NCBI GenBank assembly: GCA_964567785.1 | Contig: CAZMOK010000011.1 | Location: 657 to 64,656 of the forward strand | DNA from: an uncultured Bacteroidales bacterium | GTDB taxonomy: Bacteria > Bacteroidota > Bacteroidia > Bacteroidales > JAGOPY01 | DNA: 64,000 bases | Reading direction: 5' to 3' | In this document: one piece after another, positions 45,594 through 54,712 of the stretch | Position numbering within the stretch: the first letter of the stretch is position 1 | How the letters are laid out: each line of letters opens with the position of its first letter | Notes under the pieces: model-generated | Databases searched by the model: none | What the model saw: only the letters and a program-made list of their open reading frames with translations | What the model was told of the DNA's origin: nothing | Position numbers and translations under genes: made by a program

Positions 45594-46748
45594 TTAACGA
45601 TTTTTTAAGAGGGTTCTTGCCTCTTTCACCGAAATTCTCTCATTGTCCTTAAAAGCAACCACAAATGCATCTTTGAATGCCCTCTGTTTACGCAATTCGT
45701 TCTGGTATTCTATGGCATCTTCGGAATTATCAAATTTACCTGCGGTATATTTGAAAATACCGTTGTGGTAATATTCCATTACGTAATCAAGATTCTTGAA
45801 TTTACGGTGTGAGAGGGGCTTTGGATTGTTATAAGTTGCAATCTGTACCCTGAACAATATTTCGGGTTTGGGAGTTTTAATCTCTTGCTGCGGAGGGGCT
45901 GTTACCGCTTTGGCCTTATTGTCTTCCCGTTCCATTTCCTGCTTGTAATCCCTGAATGCCCTGAATATCGCCGATGCGATATAAACCTTTCCTTTTTCAG
46001 AATTCAGGAAGGCCTCATCACGTGAGTTAGAAAGGAACCCCGACTCTACCAGGACACCCGGCATGGCTGTTTTATATAAAACGAGGAATCCAGCCTGCTT
46101 CACTCCCCTGTCTTTGAGCTTTACCCTATCCCTGAACTGATCCTGGAGCAGCTTGGCAAAAACAGTGCTCTGATCGAGGAAGGCGTCCTGGAACATTGTT
46201 AAAGTAATATAATCTTCATCTTCAGTCGGATCGAAACCTTCATACATATCATCGTAGTTTTCTTCCTTCAGGATGGCCGCGTTCTCAAGTTTTGCCACCT
46301 CGAGGTTATCTTCCGTTTTGTGAAGTCCCATAACATATGTTTCCGTGCCGTAAGGAGAACTGGAACGGTTTGCATTACAATGTATTGAAATGAAGAGATC
46401 GGCTCCGCTTTCATTTGCGATACTCGCCCTTTTATGCAATTCAACAAAAGTGTCGTCTGCACGCGTGTAGATCACCTCAACATCGGGAAGGTATTCATTG
46501 ATGTATTCACCCGTTCTAAGTGCTATGTCAAGCACAATATCTTTCTCTTTGGAGTAAGTGCCCACTGCGCCCGGGTCCCTTCCACCATGGCCGGCGTCGA
46601 TAACCACCTTGGATAACTTTACCTGGCCGGATGCCTGGTACCACCCTGCCAGGAGGAAAAGAAAAAGGGTAAATATTATTGCTGTAGATTTCACGTTATA
46701 TGAATTGATTAATTTAGTGAAAATTATAACGAAAAGCTTAGAAAACAT
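45594..46748 (-). CDS. N-acetylmuramoyl-L-alanine amidase (Amidase_3) with C-terminal SPOR domain
   Basis: 384 aa with amidase motifs VVIDAGHGGRDPGAVG and ISIHCNA. The C-terminal LFRVQIATYNN...FKYTAGKF...AFVVAF is a SPOR-like pattern. Confidence 0.85.
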   Translation of the reverse strand: MFSKLFVIIFTKLINSYNVKSTAIIFTLFLFLLAGWYQASGQVKLSKVVIDAGHGGRDPGAVGTYSKEKDIVLDIALRTGEYINEYLPDVEVIYTRADDTFVELHKRASIANESGADLFISIHCNANRSSSPYGTETYVMGLHKTEDNLEVAKLENAAILKEENYDDMYEGFDPTEDEDYITLTMFQDAFLDQSTVFAKLLQDQFRDRVKLKDRGVKQAGFLVLYKTAMPGVLVESGFLSNSRDEAFLNSEKGKVYIASAIFRAFRDYKQEMEREDNKAKAVTAPPQQEIKTPKPEILFRVQIATYNNPKPLSHRKFKNLDYVMEYYHNGIFKYTAGKFDNSEDAIEYQNELRKQRAFKDAFVVAFKDNERISVKEARTLLKNR

Positions 46749-46788
46749 ATTATAGCAAGCTTTTTATTGCTTACAGTTCACTAACATA

Positions 46789-49485
46789 TTGTTGTATCCA
46801 TTGTCACCAAAGCCTTTGACGATATGCCTGCGTAATTTCTTCGTGTTGCTTGCAGTGATTATACTGCCTGGAATTTCTTATTCTGTTGATCTGCCCGGGA
46901 GTGAACTTCCGGAAGTTATTACCGGTCATATGGGCTTTCCTCCCGATACATTGAACGCAGACACAATTTCACAACCTGATTCCCTGATCACAGGGGCCCT
47001 TCCCGTGAGAACGTCCGATAACGCTCCGGATTCAAAGGTACAATATAAATGTGTTGATTCAATAACCCTGGATCTTCCGGCAAGAAAAGTTTATCTGTAT
47101 GGCGACGCTGAGATCGATTATGAGGAAATAAGCCTGGAAGCTGACTTCATTGAGATCGACTTCAATAGTAACGAGCTGTTTGCCAGTGGATTGGAAGACT
47201 CTGCCGGGAATATGGCCGGGTTTCCTGTTTTTACGGAAGGAGACCAGAGCTTTAAATCTGAAACCATGCGGTATAATTTCACGACCAAGCAGGGTATGAT
47301 CAACGGGGTGCTGACCGAAGACAGTTATGGGTACCTGAAGGGAAATAAGGTAAAGAAACTTGAGAACAACAATCTGAATATCCGGGGAGGTTACTATACA
47401 ACCTGTAATCATGATCCTCCCCATTTCGGCTTCCATTACCAGAAATCGAAGGTTGTGCCGGGGAAAAGAATAGTTACCGGACCGGCCTACCTGGTGATCG
47501 AAGAGCTGCCCACCCCTGTTGCCCTTCCTTTTGGCTGGTTCCCTGTTGAAACAGGAAGGCGAAATGGCATCATACTTCCTACCTATGGAGAATCGGCTAA
47601 CAGGGGTTTCTATTTTGAAAATGGAGGGTATTATTTTGCGCTGGGCGATAAGGTTGACTTTAGGATTGTGGGCGATATTTATACAAGGGGAAGCTGGGCA
47701 GTCAAACCTACAATGCGTTACAGGAAAAGGTATAAGTACGACGGCACCCTCAACTTCAGCTATGCCATAAACCAGACCGGTGTGCCTGAGACTCCTAATT
47801 TTGAAAAAAGTAAGGATTTTTCCATTCGCTGGTCGCATAAACAGGACAGGGCAGCACGGCCAAGAAGTAACTTTTCGGCCGATGTCAACATTAAATCGAG
47901 TACCTTCAACAGGTTCAACCCTACGAGTACAGAGGATTACCTTTCAAATACCTTTCGGTCGAGCATTGCCTATCAGACCAATTTTGCCGGGAAGTATTTT
48001 CTTACTCTAAATGCCGGGCATGAGCAGAATACGCTTACCAAGCAGATCAATGTTACGCTGCCCGAAGTCAGCTTTTCGGTGAACCGTTTTTATCCCTTAC
48101 GCAAGAAGAACCGGGTAGGTGGGCCTAAATGGTACGACAATATTTCTGTGAGTTATAAGATGAACGCAGCAAATAAACTCTCCAACCCCGATTCGGTTTT
48201 CTTCACCACTCAGACACTCGCCATGGCCCAGAACGGTATAAGGCACAGCATTCCCGTTAGCAGTTCGGTGCAGGTGCTAAAGTACGTCACATGGACAAAC
48301 TCCGTTAATATCACTGACAGGATGTATTTCAAGAAGCTGGAGAAATCCTGGTCGAGCGACACGCTTTTTACCGGAAACGATACTCTTGTTGGTTATGAAA
48401 ATACCGATACCATAAGGGGTTTTTACAATCTTTTCGATTTCAGGGTTTCTTCATCGATGAGTACAAAGCTTTATGGTATGTTGCAATTCGGTAAGAAGTT
48501 TCCCTTACAGGCTATAAGACATGTTTTTACCCCTTCCCTCAGTTTCAGCTATACACCCGATTTTGGAAATGAAAACTGGGGCTATTATGGAAGCTATGTT
48601 GATGGCGGAGGCGAGACGGTTGAATATTCCAAGTTCCAGGGCGCCCTTTACGGAACTCCGCCCGGCAGGAGATCGGGCCAGATCGGTTTCAGCTTAGGGA
48701 ACAACCTTGAAATAAAAGTAAGATCAAGAAAAGATACAGTAACCGGTATGAAGAAGATCAAGCTGATAGACAGGTTTACCATTTCAGGTTCATATGACCT
48801 TGCCAGGGATTCACTGAACCTGTCATCCATAACCTTCAGTGGTACCACCACTCTCTTCAAAAACCTGAGCATACAGTACAGGAGCAGCTGGGATCCGTAT
48901 GTCCTTGACTCGACAGGTACCAGGAACCTGAACAGGTTTGAGTGGACTGAGAACAAAAGGCTTCTCAGGCTAGACAACACCAACTGGAATATATCCATTA
49001 ACTGGCGGCTTACCTCCCAGGATTTTCAAAAGGACGAAGAAAAGGAGGACCAGCCTGAACAATTCGAATCTGATGCTGGAACTGAGGCGGAGCTGGAAGA
49101 GATCAACCTGAACCCTGAAGAGTATATTGACTGGGACATCCCCTGGGACCTTAGCATAAGATATTCGTTTAATTACACTGTAAGGAATGAGTACCCGAAC
49201 TTCGTAAACGTAAAGGAGAAAACTATTGTACAGACACTGGCGCTCTCGGGCAATGTAAGTATCACACCCAAATGGAAGATCGGCTTCACCACAGGTTGGG
49301 ATTTTGAGAATAACGACCTTTCCTACACTTCAATCAGCATTTACCGCGACCTCCACTGCTGGGAAATGCGCTTCAACTGGATACCCACCGGTTTCAGGAA
49401 AAGCTGGAACTTCTCCATCAACGCCAAGGCCTCAATCCTTCAGGACCTCAAGCTGACCAAGAAGAAAGACTTCAGAGACTTTTAG
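46789..49485 (+). CDS. lptD: LPS-assembly protein LptD (Bacteroidota type)
   Basis: 898 aa. The N-terminal OstA-like block is VYLYGDAEIDYEEISLEADFIEIDFNSNELFASG, followed by a large barrel. The start is uncertain: TTG at 46789 with no nearby ATG. Confidence 0.7.
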   Translation: MLYPLSPKPLTICLRNFFVLLAVIILPGISYSVDLPGSELPEVITGHMGFPPDTLNADTISQPDSLITGALPVRTSDNAPDSKVQYKCVDSITLDLPARKVYLYGDAEIDYEEISLEADFIEIDFNSNELFASGLEDSAGNMAGFPVFTEGDQSFKSETMRYNFTTKQGMINGVLTEDSYGYLKGNKVKKLENNNLNIRGGYYTTCNHDPPHFGFHYQKSKVVPGKRIVTGPAYLVIEELPTPVALPFGWFPVETGRRNGIILPTYGESANRGFYFENGGYYFALGDKVDFRIVGDIYTRGSWAVKPTMRYRKRYKYDGTLNFSYAINQTGVPETPNFEKSKDFSIRWSHKQDRAARPRSNFSADVNIKSSTFNRFNPTSTEDYLSNTFRSSIAYQTNFAGKYFLTLNAGHEQNTLTKQINVTLPEVSFSVNRFYPLRKKNRVGGPKWYDNISVSYKMNAANKLSNPDSVFFTTQTLAMAQNGIRHSIPVSSSVQVLKYVTWTNSVNITDRMYFKKLEKSWSSDTLFTGNDTLVGYENTDTIRGFYNLFDFRVSSSMSTKLYGMLQFGKKFPLQAIRHVFTPSLSFSYTPDFGNENWGYYGSYVDGGGETVEYSKFQGALYGTPPGRRSGQIGFSLGNNLEIKVRSRKDTVTGMKKIKLIDRFTISGSYDLARDSLNLSSITFSGTTTLFKNLSIQYRSSWDPYVLDSTGTRNLNRFEWTENKRLLRLDNTNWNISINWRLTSQDFQKDEEKEDQPEQFESDAGTEAELEEINLNPEEYIDWDIPWDLSIRYSFNYTVRNEYPNFVNVKEKTIVQTLALSGNVSITPKWKIGFTTGWDFENNDLSYTSISIYRDLHCWEMRFNWIPTGFRKSWNFSINAKASILQDLKLTKKKDFRDF

Positions 49486-49486
49486 A

Positions 49487-49564
49487 AGGAGCAGGAACAG
49501 GATTAGGAATAGGAATAGGAATAGGATTAGGAGTAGGGGCAGGAATAAGAACAGGAGCGGGAAA
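49487..49564 (+). repeat. 13-unit degenerate hexamer array (AGGNNN)
   Basis: The units are AGGAGC AGGAAC AGGATT AGGAAT AGGAAT AGGAAT AGGATT AGGAGT AGGGGC AGGAAT AAGAAC AGGAGC GGGAAA. The array starts 2 nt after the lptD stop. Confidence 0.85.
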
Positions 49565-49569
49565 TTGAT

Positions 49570-49577
49570 TAAATTTG
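49570..49577 (+). promoter_or_regulatory. Bacteroidota sigma-A -7 box TAAATTTG (RidA-family gene)
   Basis: Matches TAnnTTTG, 21 nt upstream of ATG 49599. Confidence 0.45.
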
Positions 49578-49598
49578 CCATTTAACGAGTAAAAACCA

Positions 49599-49976
49599 AT
49601 GAAAAAGATCATCAACACATTGAAAGCGCCTTCTGCACTCGGGCCTTACAGCCAGGCAGTTGAGGCCAACGGCACCTTATACATTTCAGGACAGGTACCT
49701 GTAGACCCGGAAACCGGAAAGGTTGTTGAAGGCGGGATCAAAGAGCAGACAGACCAGGTCATGAAGAATATCGGGGCGATCCTTGAAGAAGCCGGATACA
49801 CTTATGAGAATGTAGTGAAATCAACCTGCCTGCTCAGCAACATGGACAACTTTGCCGCCATGAACGAAGTTTACGGCAAGTACTATCCTGAGAACCCCCC
49901 GGCAAGGGCGGCCTTTGGTGTGGTGAAGCTCCCGCTCGGAGTGATGATCGAGATAGAGACGATAGCGGTTAAATGA
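49599..49976 (+). CDS. RidA/YjgF-family reactive-intermediate deaminase
   Basis: 125 aa with APSALGPYSQAV..NGTLYISGQVP, PARAAFGV and IEIETIAV. Confidence 0.9.
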   Translation: MKKIINTLKAPSALGPYSQAVEANGTLYISGQVPVDPETGKVVEGGIKEQTDQVMKNIGAILEEAGYTYENVVKSTCLLSNMDNFAAMNEVYGKYYPENPPARAAFGVVKLPLGVMIEIETIAVK

Positions 49977-50009
49977 TTGTCGATTGTCGATTTTCGATTG
50001 TTGATTTTT
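49975..50009 (+). repeat. 5-unit heptamer array GATTGTC-type
   Basis: The units are GATTGTC GATTGTC GATTTTC GATTGTT GATTTTT. The first two bases are the GA of the ridA stop TGA (49974-49976). Confidence 0.85.
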
Positions 50010-50071
50010 TCTGAATAGGATAAATGATGCGGTGGTGCTATTACGCCATGCTGCCATGAAATAACTTTACT

Positions 50072-52225
50072 ATGAAAAAAACCTTAACACTAGCACTTGC
50101 AATTCTCTTTTTTATCCCGCTGGCTTCCGTAGCCGATGAAGGGATGTGGATCCCAAGCCTTCTTAAGAAATACAATATTGAAGATATGCAGGAAAAAGGC
50201 CTGCGGCTCAGTGCCGAAGACCTTTACAGCATAAACAGCAACAGCCTTAAAGACGCCATCGTCCTCTTTGGCAGGGGATGCACCGGCGGGGTCGTATCGC
50301 CCGAAGGGCTGATGCTGACCAACCATCACTGCGGATACGGACAGATCCAGTACCACAGCTCGCTTGAGAACGATTACCTCACCGATGGGTTCTGGGCTAT
50401 GTCGAAGGAAGAAGAACTGCCCAACCCTGGACTCACTGTTTCCTTCCTGGTCTATATGGACGATGTGACCGGAAAGGCCATGGAAGGGGTTACGGATGAC
50501 ATGACGGAGAAAGAACGCAGCGAAAAAATACGGGAGAACAGCGAAGAGATCATAAAAGAGGTCACCGAGGATACTCATTACGATGCCGTGGTAAGGCCCC
50601 TCTTCCAGGGCAACCAGTATTTTGTCTATGTAATGGAGATCTATAAGGATGTGAGGCTGGTGGGCGCCCCGCCCTCAGCAATCGGAAAATTCGGTGGCGA
50701 TACCGATAACTGGATGTGGCCCAGGCATACCGGCGACTTTTCCGTTTTCCGGATCTACGCCGATAAGGACAATAAACCTGCCGAATATTCGGAAGACAAC
50801 GTGCCTTATAAACCCAAAAAGCACTTCGACATTTCGATCAAAGGGGTTGAAAAGGACGATTTCACCATGGTTTACGGCTATCCTTACACCACAACAGAAT
50901 ACTACCCCTCTTATATGGTCGGTATGTATGCCAATTACCGGTATCCCGAAAGGATAAAGATCAGGGAGGAAAAACTTGACATTATCGGGGCTGCCATGAA
51001 TTCCGACCCGCAGGTGAGGATACAGTATGCATCGAAAGATGCCCGGATAGCGAATGCATGGAAAAAATGGATCGGCGTGATCAAGGGGTTGAAAAGGCTG
51101 AACGCCATGGAGAAAAAAGAAAAACTTGAAGCTGAATTCAACGAATGGGCTGCAACAGATCCCGATGGTGGAAAATACAAGACCTTACTGGATGAATATG
51201 AGGATGTGGTAGATGAGATGAAACCGCTGGCTTATTGGTCAGATTACTTCTCGGAAGCCATTTACAGTACCGACATCCTGAATTTCTCCTACCGTTTCAG
51301 GAACCTGGCCGGCCTTGAAAAAGACCAGGAAGAAGAGATTGAAAAGGAAATTGAAAAACTGGCCTCCACCACGCAGCGGTTTTTCAAGGATTATCACCGC
51401 CCCACCGACAAGAAACTCTTCGCGGCAATGATGGAGATATTCTATGAAGGAGTGCCGGAAGAGCAGCTCCCTGAAGTGTATGAAATGATAGGAAAAAAAT
51501 TCGACTACGATTTTGAGGAATATGCCGACTGGGTCTATAAGAAATCCATGCTCACAAACCAGGAAGATCTGATGTCATTCTTAGAAAAATACAAAGCATC
51601 CAAGGCCAAAAAGATCAAAAAAGACCCGGTTTATTCGGCAATGATGACTTTTTTGGATTATTATAGAGCGAACATTGCAGGGCAGTTGTCGCAGCTCGGG
51701 GGCCTGCAGGACAGCCTGCAGCGGATCTATATGGCCGGATTGATGGAATTCCAGCCCGAAAAGCTCTTCTATCCCGATGCCAATGCCACCCTCAGGGTCA
51801 CCTATGGCAAAGTGAACGGGTACTATCCCCGCGATGCAGTTTACTACCGCCATTACACTACCCTCGAAGGCATTATGGATAAAGACAATCCGGAGATCTA
51901 CGACTATGATGTGCCCGACAGGCTGAAGGAACTCTACCGTGATAAAGAATACGGCTCCTATGCCCGTCCCGACGGTGACATGCCGGTCTGCTTTATCGCC
52001 ATGAACCATACCACAGGAGGGAACTCGGGCAGTCCTGTGCTGAACGCCAACGGACAGCTCATAGGCCTCAACTTCGACCGTAACTGGGAGGGTACCATGA
52101 GCGACTTTATGTACGATCCCGACATGTGCCGCAACATTACCCTCGACATCCGCTATGCCCTTTTCCTCATCGATAAGTTTGCAGGCGCCGGACACCTTGT
52201 CGAGGAAATGAATATTGTTGATTAG
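50072..52225 (+). CDS. S46-family dipeptidyl-peptidase (DPP7/DPP11 type)
   Basis: 717 aa. The mature N-terminus is ADEGMWIP. Catalytic His lies in LTNHHCG and catalytic Ser in TTGGNSGSPVLN. Confidence 0.9.
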   Translation: MKKTLTLALAILFFIPLASVADEGMWIPSLLKKYNIEDMQEKGLRLSAEDLYSINSNSLKDAIVLFGRGCTGGVVSPEGLMLTNHHCGYGQIQYHSSLENDYLTDGFWAMSKEEELPNPGLTVSFLVYMDDVTGKAMEGVTDDMTEKERSEKIRENSEEIIKEVTEDTHYDAVVRPLFQGNQYFVYVMEIYKDVRLVGAPPSAIGKFGGDTDNWMWPRHTGDFSVFRIYADKDNKPAEYSEDNVPYKPKKHFDISIKGVEKDDFTMVYGYPYTTTEYYPSYMVGMYANYRYPERIKIREEKLDIIGAAMNSDPQVRIQYASKDARIANAWKKWIGVIKGLKRLNAMEKKEKLEAEFNEWAATDPDGGKYKTLLDEYEDVVDEMKPLAYWSDYFSEAIYSTDILNFSYRFRNLAGLEKDQEEEIEKEIEKLASTTQRFFKDYHRPTDKKLFAAMMEIFYEGVPEEQLPEVYEMIGKKFDYDFEEYADWVYKKSMLTNQEDLMSFLEKYKASKAKKIKKDPVYSAMMTFLDYYRANIAGQLSQLGGLQDSLQRIYMAGLMEFQPEKLFYPDANATLRVTYGKVNGYYPRDAVYYRHYTTLEGIMDKDNPEIYDYDVPDRLKELYRDKEYGSYARPDGDMPVCFIAMNHTTGGNSGSPVLNANGQLIGLNFDRNWEGTMSDFMYDPDMCRNITLDIRYALFLIDKFAGAGHLVEEMNIVD

Positions 52226-52264
52226 AGTTGAGTTCTGAGATCTGAGATTTGAGTTTTGAGATTT
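52221..52264 (+). repeat. 6-unit heptamer array (NNNTGAG-type)
   Basis: The units are ATTAGAG TTGAGTT-register AGTTGAG TTCTGAG ATCTGAG ATTTGAG TTTTGAG ATTT. The array starts at the S46 peptidase stop TAG (52223-52225). TGA occurs at 52229, 52236, 52243, 52250 and 52257. Confidence 0.8.
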
Positions 52265-52278
52265 CCTTTAAATAGTTT

Positions 52279-53121
52279 ATGGAACGAATAAATGACTTTT
52301 TAACCTTCGAGATCTTTCATGTAGGAGACTATTCCTTCACAGTCAGTAAGGTGGTATCTGCCATAATGACTATTCTGATCGCAATAGTTGTGCTATGGGT
52401 GGTGAAGAAATTATTGTTTCGAAAGAAAGGGAAATCCAGGTTTGAAAGAAGCAATATCTATTCGTTATACCAGATCCTGAAATATGTTCTCTGGATCATA
52501 GCTTTTCTCATGATCCTTGAGATACTGGGACTGGAACTGAACGTCCTCCTTGCCGGTTCAGCAGCCTTGCTGGTGGGTATAGGCCTGGGCCTGCAATCCA
52601 CGTTCAATAATTTTGTTTCCGGCATTATATTGCTTTTTGAAGGGACCATAAAAGTGGGCGATGTGCTCGAAATTGACGGGGATGTAGTGCAACTGCGGAA
52701 AATAGGGCTGAGGACCTCCGAGGCGCTGAACCGTGACGATATCGTGATAATAATACCTAACTCCGTTATTACGAACAATAAGGTCATAAACTGGACGCAT
52801 CAGTCGAGAAAGACCAGGTTCAAGATAAATGTGGGCGTTGCGTACGGAAGTGATGTAGAGCTGGTATTGAAAGTGCTTAAGGACAGCGCCCTTGAACATC
52901 CGGATATTTCCGACAGGTCATCAATAAATGCGCGATTCCTGGATTTCGGTAACTCCTCACTGGATTTTGAACTGCTCTTTTTCAGCGACAATGTTTTCAG
53001 GATCGAAAACCTGAAATCAGAGATCAGGAGGATCATCAACCGCAAGTTCACTGAGAACAACATCACCATCCCCTTCCCGCAGGTGGACCTGCATATTAAG
53101 TCAGACTTCAGAGAAAAATAA
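52279..53121 (+). CDS. mechanosensitive ion channel (MscS family)
   Basis: 280 aa. Three TM helices precede the MscS beta-domain pattern GDVLEIDGDVVQLRKIGLRTS...IIIPNSVITNNKVINWT. Confidence 0.85.
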   Translation: MERINDFLTFEIFHVGDYSFTVSKVVSAIMTILIAIVVLWVVKKLLFRKKGKSRFERSNIYSLYQILKYVLWIIAFLMILEILGLELNVLLAGSAALLVGIGLGLQSTFNNFVSGIILLFEGTIKVGDVLEIDGDVVQLRKIGLRTSEALNRDDIVIIIPNSVITNNKVINWTHQSRKTRFKINVGVAYGSDVELVLKVLKDSALEHPDISDRSSINARFLDFGNSSLDFELLFFSDNVFRIENLKSEIRRIINRKFTENNITIPFPQVDLHIKSDFREK

Positions 53122-53148
53122 TCCCGGACGATATTAAATAACTATAAT

Positions 53149-53586
53149 ATGAGAATTGAAAAACTTTACAGTAACGACGATTTTAAAGAGATCACCAGAG
53201 AAGAATTCATCGATTTCCTTTACGATCACCTCGACCGTTTCGGGGACCCGAAGGAAGACATCAACAAATGTTTGAATTACGCCTTTTCGGATGAAAAATC
53301 TGAGGGTGGGTTTGCTCTGGCGGCTTTTTATGAAGACAAGCTGGTTGGCGGACTGATCATGAACAAGACAGGTATGGCAAACTACATCCCCGACTGGATA
53401 CTGGTTTATGTAGCCGTTGATGCCACCCACAGGGGTAAAGGCTTTGGCCGGCAGATCGTTGAAGAGGCGCTGGATATGTGCGACGACGGGGTGAAACTCC
53501 ACGTTGAATATGACAATCCGGCAAAAAGACTGTACGAAAGAATAGGCTTTACAAATAAGTACGCCGAAATGCGTTATCAAAAGTAA
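53149..53586 (+). CDS. GNAT-family N-acetyltransferase
   Basis: 145 aa with the acetyl-CoA motif VAVDATHRGKGFGRQIVEEAL. Confidence 0.75.
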   Translation: MRIEKLYSNDDFKEITREEFIDFLYDHLDRFGDPKEDINKCLNYAFSDEKSEGGFALAAFYEDKLVGGLIMNKTGMANYIPDWILVYVAVDATHRGKGFGRQIVEEALDMCDDGVKLHVEYDNPAKRLYERIGFTNKYAEMRYQK

Positions 53587-53592
53587 ATACTT

Positions 53593-54693
53593 GTGGCCGA
53601 ACTTATTATACATACCGAAGAGATTAAAGATAACATAAGGAAGCTCAGCAGTTTTTTCAAAAAACACAATGTTGAGTGGAGCCTGGTGACCAAAGTTTTT
53701 TCAGGCGACCTGGGTTTCCTCGAAAACATCCTGACCGATGATGTGATAAAGGATATCAATTCGGTAGGAGATTCGAGGTTGTCGAGTCTGAAAAACCTGA
53801 GACAGGTCAACCCGGATATGCGTACCATCTATATCAAGCCACCGGCTGCCGTGTATGCTGACGATATTGTGAGTGTTGCCGATATTTCCCTGAACAGTTC
53901 GTATGAAACCATTGAATGCCTGAATGAAGCTGCCAAAAAGCAGGATAAGGTCCACGAGATCATCATCATGATCGAACTCGGGGAGCTGCGTGAAGGGGTG
54001 AACCGTGAGGTTGTCCTCGATTTTTATGAAAAGGTTTTCCAAATGTCCAACATCAGGGTGATCGGGCTGGGCTCCAACCTGGGCTGCATGTACGGTGTTG
54101 AGCCAACGTACGATAAGTTGCTGCAGTTGTCGTTGTACAAAGAACTGATCTCCGCCAAGTTCAAAAAAGACCTCAGGCTTATTTCAGGGGGAAGCTCTAT
54201 TACCCTTCCCTTAATGGGCAAGGGGGTGGTTCCCCCTGAAATAAACCACTTCAGGGTGGGTGAGGCCGCTTTTTTCGGGACAAGCCCCCTTGAAAACAAA
54301 AGGTTCATGGACCTGGCTACCCGGACTTTTGAGTTCAAGGCCAACATCATAGAACTTGAAGAGAAAGGCACGGTGCCTGATGGCATCATCAACGAAGCCA
54401 ACATAGGTCATACCGCCGAATACGACGAAGAACAGATCAGCGAAATGACCTGTAAGGCAATCCTTGATTTTGGTTTGCTGGATGTGGACCATAAGGATAT
54501 CGAGCCCTATATCAAGGACATAAAATTTGTCGGTATCACTTCCGACATGACAGTGGTGGATATCGGAAAGAACAAGCTCAGTAACGGGCAGGACCGGTTC
54601 AGGGTGGGCGACACCATCCTTTTCAGGCCGAATTACCTGGCAGTGGCCCGGCTGTTGAACTCAAAATTCATCGAGAAGATCTACGTGGATTGA
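53593..54693 (+). CDS. alanine-racemase-fold PLP-dependent amino-acid racemase (ornithine/YhfX-like)
   Basis: 366 aa with a GTG start 6 nt after the GNAT stop. Ala_racemase_N-like barrel features are WSLVTKVFSG (candidate PLP Lys), IIMIELGELREG and ISGGSS. Confidence 0.6.
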   Translation: MAELIIHTEEIKDNIRKLSSFFKKHNVEWSLVTKVFSGDLGFLENILTDDVIKDINSVGDSRLSSLKNLRQVNPDMRTIYIKPPAAVYADDIVSVADISLNSSYETIECLNEAAKKQDKVHEIIIMIELGELREGVNREVVLDFYEKVFQMSNIRVIGLGSNLGCMYGVEPTYDKLLQLSLYKELISAKFKKDLRLISGGSSITLPLMGKGVVPPEINHFRVGEAAFFGTSPLENKRFMDLATRTFEFKANIIELEEKGTVPDGIINEANIGHTAEYDEEQISEMTCKAILDFGLLDVDHKDIEPYIKDIKFVGITSDMTVVDIGKNKLSNGQDRFRVGDTILFRPNYLAVARLLNSKFIEKIYVD

Positions 54694-54712
54694 GGATGCG
54701 GCAATATTGATT

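Noticed and set aside
49485-49568. A Gly-X repeat mini-ORF (EGAGTGLGIGIGIGLGVGAGIRTGAGN) across the hexamer array.
   Set aside because: The frame contains no ATG, GTG or TTG. It is reachable only by a -1 shift from lptD. I kept it as a repeat observation rather than as a CDS.
49487-50009. CRISPR-like appearance of the short tandem arrays.
   Set aside because: The units are 6-7 nt with no spacers, and no cas genes are present. These are not CRISPR arrays.
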